Under the pieces are notes generated by a model. It had not been told where the DNA came from. It ran no database searches and worked only from the letters and a program-made list of their open reading frames with translations. The translations under genes were made by a program, and so were the position numbers. Positions 13,701 to 25,700 of a stretch of DNA of 64,000 nucleotides are shown here, piece by piece (the first letter of the stretch is position 1; every line of letters starts with the position of its first letter). Origin of the DNA: Mobula hypostoma (lineage: Eukaryota); assembly GCF_963921235.1 (NCBI RefSeq), contig NC_086107.1:103168001-103232000 (forward strand), read 5' to 3'.

Positions 13701-16700
13701 TGGTGTGTTTCATGGATTTCCAACATCTGCAGATTTTCTCATTTGAGATCGAGTCCCTTAACGTTTTCGTTGAACGAATGCAGGCCTGCTTTATGCCACA
13801 TAGAGGGAGGCCCCATGTGTTGTCCAGAAACTGGCTTAATGATGAAACACCAGTGTCATGCATAAACCCAGAGAAGCTGAGGCTATACGATGTGTTGGAA
13901 ATGTACGTCGTCGCCTCTGCAGCCTACTCACAAAGCTCCAAGTCGCTTGATTCTCTGTCCAGGCCACCATGACCCACATCAGGAAGGAGTCACCTCATGT
14001 CCCCGGTGTTCCAACGCAGCCTCTGAGGTCAGGCATGAAACAAGTGAGAGAGAGGGGCCAGGCTGCAGCTCTCTCTGTCACAGACATTCTCAGGGCAGCT
14101 ATTCTTAACACCTCAAACTACTGCCAATTACAAACATCACTGCTACTAACATCAACACCCTCATCAATTTCCAATCAGTCTCTATTTCAGCCTGCCTCTA
14201 TCCTTGGCTCGTAAAATCCCACAGGTCATTACGATACTTAGTGATTGACAGCACCAGACTGTTTTCTATTCCCAGTGATAAATATATGCAGGTATCTTTA
14301 TTATTAAATAATATTTTACAATGCAAAAACTAATTGACCACGCAGACCAACCACTCTGTGACAGTTTCTATATTAAATACAGCGTCCTCCCATCCTCTTT
14401 GGTTTATTTATCCAACTTTGTGAAGCAGCATGGTGGCATTGCGCTTTAGGTTGCCAGCGATCAGAAGGTCAGGGTTCAATTCCCGCCACTGTCTGTACGG
14501 AGTTTGTATGTTCTCCCCGAGACCGTGTGGGTTTCCTCCGGGGCTCCCGTTTCCTCCCACTTTCCGAAGATGTATGAGTTAGGGTTAGTAAGTTGTGGGC
14601 ATGCTATGTTGGTGTCAGAAGCTGGGCTGCCCCCAGCTCATCCTCGGACTGTGTTGTCCATTGACGCAAACAGCACATTTCACTGAGTGTTTCGATGTAC
14701 ATGGGACAAATAGACCTAATCTTTCATCTTTCCTCCTACTGAATTCTTCATTTTCAGGTGACTTGCTCACACTATGTCCCTATGCCTCTCCTCCTGGTCT
14801 ACCCGCTTTCTCACACACACATTCCCCCTCCGAACCCCCATCACCCATTTTCTTTCCCCTCCTCCACCCACTCCATCAGCCCATTACCGACACGCTCCTC
14901 CCACTGGTTCCCCTCCCCCTTGCAGTTCCCATCTGTCCTCCCCACCTCCCTCATTCCCTTATGTGGTTCCATGCTCCACATCCCTCTCTTAACAAATTCC
15001 ATCATCTGCAGCCCTTCGCTGCCTCCACCTATCACCGGCCAGCTCAGTTCGCTGCCTCCACCTATCACCGGCCAGCTCAGGTCGCTGCCTCCACCTATCA
15101 CCTGCCAGCTCGCTTCACTGCCTCCACCTATCACCTGCCAGCTCCGTTCGCTGCCTCCACCTATCACCTGCCAGCTCGGTTCGCTGCCTCCACCTATCAC
15201 CGGCCAGCTCGGTTCGCTGCCTCCACCTATCACCGGCCAGCTCGGTTCGCTGCCTCCACCTATCACCGGCCAGCTCGGTTCGCTGCCTCCACCTATCACC
15301 GGCCAGCTCGGTTCGCTGCCTCCACCTATCACCGGCCAGCTCGGTTCGCTGCCTCCACCTATCACCGGCCAGCTCGGTTCGCTGCCTCCACCTATCACCG
15401 GCCAGCTCGGTTCGCTGCCTCCACCTATCACCGGCCAGCTCGGTTCGCTGCCTCCACCTATCACCGGCCAGCTCAGGTCGCTGCCTCCACCTATCACCGG
15501 CCAGCTCAGTTCGCTGCCTCCACCTATCACCGGCCAGCTCAGTTCGCTGCCTCCACCTATCACCTGCCAGCTCAGTTCGCTGCCTCCACCTATCACCTGC
15601 CAGCTCAGTTCGCTGCCTCCACCTATCACCTGCCAGCTCAGTTCGCTGCCTCCACCTATCACCTGCCAGCTCAGTTCGCTGCCTCCACCTATCACCGACC
15701 AGCTCAGTTCGCTGCCTCCACCTATCACCGGCCAGCTCAGTTCGCTGCCTCCACCTATCACCTGCCAGCTCCGTTCGCTGCCTCCACCTATCACCGGCCA
15801 GCTCGGTTCGCTGCCTCCACCTATCACCGGCCAGCTCAGTTCGCTGCCTCCACCTATCACCGGCCAGCTCAGTTCGCTGCCTCCACCTATCACCGGCCAG
15901 CTCGGTTCGCTGCCTCCACCTATCACCGGCCAGCTCGGTTCGCTGCCTCCACCTATCACCGGCCAGCTCGGTTCGCTGCCTCCACCTATCACCGGCCAGC
16001 TCAGTTCGCTGCCTCCACCTATCACCGGCCAGCTCAGTTCGCTGCCTCCACCTATCACCGGCCAGCTCGGTTCACTGCCTCCACCTATCACCGACCAGCT
16101 CAGTTCGCTGCCTCCACCTATCACCGGCCAGCTCAGTTCGCTGCCTCCACCTATCACCTGCCAGCTCAGTTCGCTGCCTCCACCTATCACCTGCCAGCTC
16201 AGTTCGCTGCCTCCACCTATCACCTGCCAGCTTGGTCGCTATTTCAACCCTTCCCCCATCTGACTCAATCTGCCAATCAACCTCTCCTCACCCTGGTTCC
16301 TCTTATCATCTGCTAGCTCTTGTCCCGTCCCTTCCCTTCACCTCTTTATACCATCAAGCCTCCCTTCTCTTTGCGTCCAGATGAAGGGTCTTGACCCAAA
16401 ACATCAATTGTTCATTTCCCTCCACGGATGCTGCCTGACTTGCTGAGTTCCTCCAATATTTTTACTGTCCAAATCAAGTTGTTATCTTTAAGTACTCCAT
16501 GTGTCTGTGCATTCTTGCCACACTTTGGGGAGTTATGCTTTTCCTAAATTCTCTATTGTATGCATTAGCTTACTTCTACAACCCTCAAGTTTTGGACTCA
16601 CTCAACCACGGTAGCATAGAGGTTAGCATGATTAGAACTCCGTTAGAATTGAACCCCAAACTCCCTCGCCCCAAGCTGTAATAGTGTTGTGGTTACCATG

Positions 16701-19700
16701 ACGATATTACAGCTCGTGATGTCGGAGTTCAGAGTTCAATTCTGGTACTGTGCCATTTGTACGTTCTCCCCATGACTGTGTAGGTTTCCTCCGGGTGCTC
16801 CTGTTTCATCCCACAGTCCACTGGTTAGTAGGTTAATTGATCATTGTAAAATCATTGACAGGGTTAAATAAGTGGGTTGCTGGGTGGTGCCACTTTGGGC
16901 TTGTTGCGTGCTGTATCTCCACATAAAAATAGAAATAACTGCCTCTATACCCACACTATAGAGACAATTCACGATGAAAAAAACCTCAATCAACAGAATT
17001 AAGCACACTTTTTGGTCAATATCACACCTGTTTCTCATATTTCATATTTCGCACAACACTAGAGGCCATTCAGCCCCAAGAGCCTGTGCTGGCTGACACA
17101 GAAAGCCCATTCCCTCAGTTCCCTCTCACCCATTCTTTCTCACATGCCCCATCAACTCTCTTTGGCCCTCCTGCCATCTACATACACAAGGAGTGATTTA
17201 GTCAACACAACAAAACACTGGAGGAACTCCACAGGTCATGCAGCATCTATGGAAAAGAGTAAACGGTCGACGTTCCGGGCTGAGACCCAATGAACGTCGA
17301 CTGTACTCTTTTCCATAGATGTTGCCTGGTCTGTTCAGTTCCTCCAGCATTTTGTGTGCGTTGCCTGTATCTCCAGCACCTTGAGATTTTCTCTTGTGAG
17401 TAGTTTAGGGACTGCTTAACCTACCAAACAGCATACACACCTTGATTTGAGCAGAGAAAGCAGAGCATCAAGGGGGAAACCGACCCAGTCAGGGCAAGAA
17501 TGTGCAACTCCACAAGTGTAACACTAAAGGGCAGCCGGAGTTGTGAGGCAGCAGCAGAACTACTGTGTCGCTGTGCCACAGGCGGGTGTGGATTGCACTC
17601 AAATTCAACGCCACATTTCTAGCATTGAAACAGTGACTACCCTTCTGCTGTGGTTCAACGACTCCAATATGATCTGGGTCGTCCCAAATTCACTTCAGGA
17701 CAACGGACACAGAGTCAATAGCAACTGACAAGATAGCAATGGATAAACCAAGAAGAATAACATGCAGGGCTTGGGAAAAATAATGTAGAGTGGGGATAAG
17801 TGGCTAACTGTTTCAGAAGATGTACAGGTCATAAAACTATACGACATAAGAGCAGAATTAGGCCACTTGGTCCATCAAGTCTGCTCCACTGTAGCCGATT
17901 TAGTTTCCCTCTGAACCCTATTCTCTTCCCTGTAATTTTTGACAACCTTACTAATTAAAAACATATTAACTTCCGCTTTGAATATATCCAATGACTTGGC
18001 CTCCACAGCCATCTGTGGCAATGAATTTCACAGATTCGCCACCCTCTGCCAAAAGAAATCCCCCCCGCTTCTCTTTTCTAAAGGAGCATCCTTCTGTTCT
18101 GAGGTTGTGCCCTCTAGTCCTATTGTTATTCCTCTCCGCGCCTCGGGCAGCAACCTTGCTGTTTCTTTAGCATTTGTCTGTTTAGAGGCCAAGTTGCTAG
18201 CTCGATGCCCAACCCAGCATGATAGAAAGCGCGCAAGGAGCCAGCCGGATTTGAACCTGGGACCACTTGCCCCGAAGTGCGAATACCACTATGCCAGCGG
18301 CTGGCCCTGTAGCCCTAGATTTCCCCGTATTGGAAACATCACCGGAGGTGCCACAATAGTTCCAGATGGCAGCTCCTCAAAACCTGAGTAAGTGGAACAG
18401 TGTTACAGCTGGTAAAGCCGCTGCCTCATGGCCCCAGAGACCCGGTGCTAACTGTGTGGAGTTTGCATGTTCCCCGTGACTGCGTGGGTTGCCTCCGGGT
18501 GCTCCAGTTACCTCCCACTTCCCTGCACAGTGTGCAGGCTGGCAGCTCTCACTTTTGTTGAGCCTCCTCCTGCAATGAATCTGTTTTACAAGCAGCGTAG
18601 ATAAAACATCAAACTAGAAGTATTAATTAATGCAAGGTATAATTGTCTTAAAAGACAGGTACAGCAGGCAGTGAAGGAAGCTAATGGCATGCTGGCCTTT
18701 ATAACAAGGGGAATTGAGTATAGGAGCAAAGAGGTCCTTCTGCAGCTGTACAGGGTCCTGGTGAGACCACACCTGGAATACTGTGCAAAGTTTTGGTCTC
18801 CAAATTTGAGAAAGGACATTCTAGCTATTGAGGGAGTGCAGCGTAGGTTCACGAGGTTAATTCCCGGGATGGAGGGCCTGTCATATGTTGAAAGATTGGA
18901 GCAACTGGGGTTGTATACACTGGAATTTAGAAGGATGAGAGGGGATCTTATTGAAATATATAAGATTATTAAGGAATTGGACACGCTAGAGGCAGGAAAC
19001 ATGTTCCCGATGTTGGGGGAGTCCAGAACCAGAGGCCACAGTTTAAGAATGAGGGGTAGACAATTTAGGACAGAGTTGAGGAAAAACTTTTTCACACAGA
19101 GCGTTGTGGTTCTGTGGAATGCTCTGCCTCAGAAGGCAGTGGAGGCCAATTCTCTGGATTCTTTCAGAAAAGAGTTAGAGCTCTTAAAGATAGCGGAGTG
19201 AAGGGATATGGGGAGAAGGCAGGAATGGGGTACTGATTGTGGATGATCAGCCATGATCACAGTGAATGGCGGTGCTGGCTCGAAAGGCTCAATAGCCTAC
19301 TCCTGCACCTATTGTCTATTGTCTAAAAGGATCCCTGTGTTGTAACTGAGATTTTTTAAACAAATACGTAGAAACAGTGATTGGACAAATGCAGATTATG
19401 CGCAGAAGACCAGAATATAAGGAGGTAAAAAATAGCTGCTCGTATCACCGATCAAATTCTTGCTGGACTGCTGGTGGCCTAATGAAGACAAACTGACATT
19501 GAAAGGACTGCAGCAGGGATTTCACAGAGGGATACCGGGGCTCCATAATAAAGGACAAGGGTATGTAAACAAGGGCTCTACTCCTGCAAATTTGAAGGTT
19601 TTCAAAAACACAGATACTGAATGACAGAGTGAGACCACACTTGCAGGTTGGGAAGTCCAGAATCAGAGGGCAGACCCTAAAAATTGGACTGGTTTCAGGA

Positions 19701-22700
19701 GTGGATTTGAAGTATATCTACATGTCATGCACAGAAGAAATTTGAAACTTGCACCTACAGTTGGCAACTGCTGCTTAATTAATTGATGCATTCAAATCTG
19801 AATTTTTTTTTGTTAACTTAAGCTCTGAGGGGACATGGAGTAAAAGGGGAAATGCAACTGCATCAAATATTAACTATAGTCTTTATATTTTATTACCACG
19901 CGGAATAGACTATTCCCGCCCTTCGAGCCACATCACCCAGCAAAACCCTGAATTAGTCCTAGTCTAATCACGGGACAATTTACAATGACCAATTAATATA
20001 CCAACTGGTACGTCTTTGGAGGAAACTGGAGCACCCGGAGGAAACCCAAACAGTCACGGGGACTGATGACTCTCACAATCTTGGCTACTTCTACTCAAGA
20101 GGAACCAGACGGCTATATCATGATCTGAGCCAATATACCCAGAATAAGAGGTGACAATAATTGTGGGGGGAGGGGGGGAGACTAATCAGGATTTTAAAAA
20201 ATTAGTTACTCACCACAGACTCCATCCTGGCTGCAGCCTTTAATTTTGCCTGTAATAATTTCATCCAGAAAGGGTCGGAATACCACGTATCGAAAATGAA
20301 CTGTGTGGGATGAAAATAGACAGGAAGAGACAGATTTAGAGGAAGACAATTTAGAGGCAGCATCTCCATTGATTGTTGGGATGTCCTAAACACTTTGAAA
20401 GATGATCTGTGCCAAAATATACACAAGATCCCACACACAGGTAATTGATTAATGTCAGGTAACCAACTTGTTGAAGTTGAACCTAATGGAGCCTCAGCTT
20501 AACATCTCAGCTGAACGAGTGAACCCTGGATGAACAAACTTGAGGCTGCAGTGAAGTGAGTGCCCCCCAAGTTCGATGTGGGAAAGGACTACACTGGGAA
20601 GTCCTGCCACGACTGGGCACTGAGGGGCTGGTTTCTGCGCAGCCGCCTCAGACACTTTGTGGGTATATTGTTTAAAGAGGAAACACAGGGAGCATTGCAG
20701 CTTTGTGTGTGTTCACATTAGTTTGATGACACAATGAATATAGTGGATTGTATCGGATTTCCTATTAATTTTAGGAATAAAATATATTTTTTTAAGTATA
20801 CAGAATATAAGGGATATAGATCGGGTAAATACAAGCAGGCTTTTTCCAGAGGCTGGTAGAACTAGAGGTCATGGGTTAGGGGTGAAAGGTGGAAAGTTTA
20901 AGGAGAACATCTTCATTCAGAGGGTGGTGAGAGTGCGGAACGAGCTGCCAGTGGGGGTGGTGGATGTGGGTTCGATTACAACACTTAAGAGAAATTTGGG
21001 TAGGGAAATGGATGGGACCTACAAGAGAACCACAACCTTGTGGTTTGGAGCTTGTGTGCCTCAATGACCTGGAGAGCTACATTGGCTGGAGTCAGGGCTT
21101 TATGCTTTGGCTCCTGGTAGGGTCATCCATGCCAAACAGGTCAAAGGGTAGAGGCCAGACTAAGAGTGGTCCACTAGGTTCGAGGGTTCAGCTCAGAGCT
21201 AACAACCCTGACTGGTAAAACAACCCTGTTACGTAAACGGCAATGAAGAATCCTTCTACATCTGAGTGCGATGGTATTCCTGAATCTCAGCCCGGGACTT
21301 GCATGACTGACAGTAGCAAAAACTGACAGGAAGCTACTGACATGACAAAGGGAGCCCTGACCACCACCAGAGATGGAGGACGTTCATTGCTGCCCTAAAT
21401 GCCAGCGGCATAATGGGCAGTAAGGAAATGGACGGGAGGGGTAAGGCAGGCTTATGGTCTGGATGCAGGTCAATGAAACTAGTTTGGCACAGACTAGATG
21501 GGCCAAAGGTCCTGTTTCTGTGCTGTAGTGCTCTATGAAACTGAAATCAACCCACTCCTCCTATTCCAGCACCCAGTAATCAGCCAAGGACCCAAATACC
21601 ACTTAATCTTTTGGGGGAAAAAACACAGCATGTGAAGACATTACATCGCTTCAAGAAACGTGTAAGGTTGCCTGTGATGTCTGTGGCAAGCTGTTTAGCA
21701 TGGTAGGTGCCTGGAACCTGCTGTCGGGGCTGGTGGTGGTCACAAGACGTGATAGTGTCATTCAAGAGGCACAGGAATGCGATAGAAATGGAGGGATTTG
21801 GATGTCACGTATAGGCATATGGGATTAGTTGCATTTGGCATCATGGTCAGCACAGATATTGTGGGCTCAAGTTCATGTATTGTACTGTTCCATGTAAATG
21901 ATAATCAGCTGAAAGCAGGCAGAAAGAATCCCTTTTTCTCCTCTCTGGTCTTTCTTTACCTTTATGAACTTAGATGAGAATAATGTGCGGAAGGAAACCA
22001 ACTCAGTTGGGCTAGGGACTGGCCCTTCCCATTGGTGCTGCCCTCCAGTGTTCGCTCGGTGGAAGACAAGCTGGACCAGGACAACATCCCATGCCACTCA
22101 GGGACTTGGCTATATTTGGGGCGGCGCAGTAGCACAGTGGGTAGCACAATGCTTTAAAGTTCAGGTGACCTGGGTTCAATTCCCGCTGCTGCCTGTAAGG
22201 AGTTTGTATGTTCTCCCCTTGACCACATGGGTCTCCTTTGGGTGCTCCAGTTTCCTCGCACAGTCCAAAGATGTGCAAGTTGGTAGGTTAATTGGTCATT
22301 GTAAATTGTCCCGTGATTAGGCTGAGTTTAATTCGAGGGATTGCTGGGTGGCGTGGTTTGAAGGGGAAGGCCCTTCTCTGTGCTGTATTTCAATAAATAA
22401 ATAATTTTTTTTTGCCACTGTATGTTTTTCTTCTATCATAACCGTATGTGTTATATGCTGTTGGCACTACGTTTTGCCCGTTAGCCCTGGAAGAAAACTA
22501 TTTTGTTTGGCTGTATTCATGTATGGTTGAATGACAATTGAAGTCACCAATTAATCTCAGGGTTGTATATGGTGACACAAATGTACTTTGATAATAAAAT
22601 TTACTTTGGACTTTGAACGTTGAATGATCAAATTGAAGACTGGGATCCCCTGCCCGATCCCCTTTGCATGCAAACCTGGGGCAGAAGAAACTCTGTGCCC

Positions 22701-25700
22701 CAGGCTCCAACTAACAGATTTATTGAGCGGAAAGAAAAGGAAATTCTGGATTGTTGAGAGTCACTGAATAAAGACCATTGCTTAGGGTCCGGTGCCTAAC
22801 CTTTGGTGTGAGAAGCGCCATCTCCTGGGAAAATGTAGGAATCTTCCAGTTTGGTAATGTCGTACAGGCATATACACAGACCCACGTTGTACACCACCTG
22901 CAGAGAGAAAATCCAGCAGCAATTATCATTTGATTCACGATTAGAGTCACTGACACTCTGTAGACTGCAGATTGGTCTTCCCCTTCTGGTCTACTCGTCC
23001 AGCCATTACGGGATCACAGTCCCAGTCAATCAGCTTGAACAGGTGAGCTCTGATCCATCTTTCTAATTTTAACTTGATAGCATAAAGCGGCAGACAGTTG
23101 TGGATACAGCTGAGCACATCACAGGAACCAGCTCCCCTCTATGGACTCTGCCTATGCCTTACTGCCTCAGTAACCTACATCAAACACAGTAATTTACAAT
23201 ACATTACAGGCCCTTCAGCCCACAATGTTGTGCTGACCATGTAACTTACTCTCGAGACTGCCTAGAATTTCCCTAGCACATAGCCCTCTATTTTTCTAGT
23301 CAAAGACCCCACCTTACCTAGATACTCACTCATCACCCCTCTCCCATCAGGCAGAAGATACAAAAGCCTGAAAGCACATAGCACCAGGCTCAAGGACAGC
23401 TTCCATCCCACTGTTATCAGGCTCTTGAACAGACGCCTTGTATAATAAGATCAGAATCAGACTTAATATCAGTGGCATATGTCGTGAAATCTGTTAACTT
23501 TACGGCACATAAGACAGACCCGGCCTCACAATCTACCTCGTTATGATCCTGATCTTTTATCGTTCCCTGCACTGCATTGTTTTCCGTAGCTTTTACACTT
23601 CATTCTGCACTGCTATTGTTCTACCTGATTCCAGCTCAAAGCAGTGTATGATTTCAGCTGTATGAACAGTATGCAAGACGAGCTTTTCATTGTATATGTG
23701 ACATTAAACCAACGTAATACAATAGAACATTCAATTGCCCACCCTTTCGCCAGGATATGGGTATCAAACGCAAGGCTGGCATTTACTGTACGTACATCCC
23801 TAAATGCTCTTGAATTACTGCAATTCTGTTGGGCGGGGAGTTTCAGGATTTAGACCCAATGAGGAAAAAGGAACGGTGATGCATTTCCAAAGCAGGACAG
23901 TGAGCAACTCTGCAGACAGCCTGCAGATGGCAACATTTCCCCACGCCCGCTACCCTTGGCCGTAGATCCAGAGGTCCTGTCAGAGTAACCTGCATGAGCA
24001 GCTGAGTGAATTCTGTAGACAGTACACACTGTGCGTTGACAGAGCAAGAAATTAATGTTTAGACAGAGTGCCAATCAAATGAGTTGCTTTGTCAAGTTTA
24101 TTATAAGTAGAAGAGATAATAAAGTGAATATACAAACAGTTTATTCCCTTCTATAGCTGCTGCCCGACTTGCTGAGCTCCTCCAGCACTGCATGTTAAGT
24201 TGAGTTTATTATCATGTACAGTGAGAAGGAGGTGCAATGCAAAAATTGCTTGCAGCAGGCTACAAGCATGACGATAAACAGAAGATAAATTATACAAGAC
24301 AGTGAAGAGAAAAAAAAATGTCCCAAGCTTAAGTTGTTGGGAATTGTACTTATCCAGGTAATTGTATACACTCGCAAACACGAGGAAATCTGCAGATGCT
24401 GGAAATTCAAGCAACACACACAAAATGCTGGTGGAACGCAGCAGGCCAGACAGCATCCATAGGAAGAAGCACAGTCGACGTTTCAGGCCAAGACCCTTCG
24501 TCAGGACTCAGCCTGAAACATCGACTGTGCTTCTTCCTATGGATGCTGACTGGCCTGCTGCGTTCCACCAGCATTTTGTGTGTGTTAATTGTATACACTG
24601 TCATTGTGCTCCTGACTTGTGCCTTACAGATGGTGGAAAATCATAGAGAGTCAGCAAGGAGACAGGCTCTTTGAGTCTGCCCCAACATCAATCACCCACT
24701 TACACTCATCCTACAATAATTCCATGTTTTCCTTCCCACGTTCTACACCTAGGGACAATTGGCAAAGGCCAATTAAACTCCCAAACCCACAAGTTTTTGG
24801 GATGGGGGAGGAAACAAGAGCAACTGGAGGAAGCCCATGTGGTCACAGGAAGATTGTTCACAGTCCACACAGAGCACTGAAGATCAGGACTGAAGTCTCT
24901 GATGTTGTGAGGAAGTGGCTCTCCAGCTAAAACACCATGAAAAGATTTCAGATTGCAAAAGGTGAGTCACTTGCTGAAGGACATGCAGCTTCTGGCCTAC
25001 CTGTGCAACCTCAGTATTGGTGTGGCTGGCCAATATGAGCATTGGCACAATGGTGACTACTTCCCCGGCCACCCCAGAATGTATGCAGTCCCAGCAATAG
25101 TGACAGAGTCAATGGAGTAATGCAGCACAGGAACAGGCCCTTCGGCCCAACTAATCCATGTCAACCCAGGTGCCCATATGAGCTAGTCTCATTTGTCCCA
25201 TATCCTGATAAAACTTCCCTATCTTATGTACTTGGCCGATGCCTTTTAAATACTGTCATCGTACCAGCCTTAACCATGTTCCATATACGCAGCATCCTCC
25301 GCATGAAGAAGCTGCCTCTCAGGCCTTTTTCAAATGTTTCTTCTCTCACTTTAAATCAGGGGTTCCCTTCACTGGAGCTTTACCATTAACTGAGGGGTCC
25401 GTGGACACCGGATTGGGAACCCCTGCCTTAAACCTATGCCCCCTAGTTTTTGATTCCCTTTCTCCGGGGAAAAAGACTGTGTACATTCATCCTAGCGACG
25501 CCCTCGTGATTTTATACACCTTTAAGAGGTCACCCCTCATTGAGCACGAAGGACAAGGAACATAAAACTTACTTCTTTCTGAAGATGGTCATCAGGTACC
25601 ACTTCTGTTGTGCCTGAAGGTTACCCAGGCACTGACTGCTCATTTACAAAAGGTTGTACGGTGGAATTGAACAATATACACCTTCAGTGAATGTCCCTAC

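Noticed and set aside
14595-16316. 573/501/460-aa repetitive ORFs, and a superficial CRISPR-like look
   Set aside because: Pure 33-bp tandem repeat with no unique spacers. ORFs arise because the unit has no stop codons. It is intronic and PLE-derived.
20480-20795. Hairpin-rich stretch as a novel ncRNA
   Set aside because: Loosely resembles the Tx1 3' end at 51750-52013 and ends in an AATAAA tail; most likely an old LINE tail.
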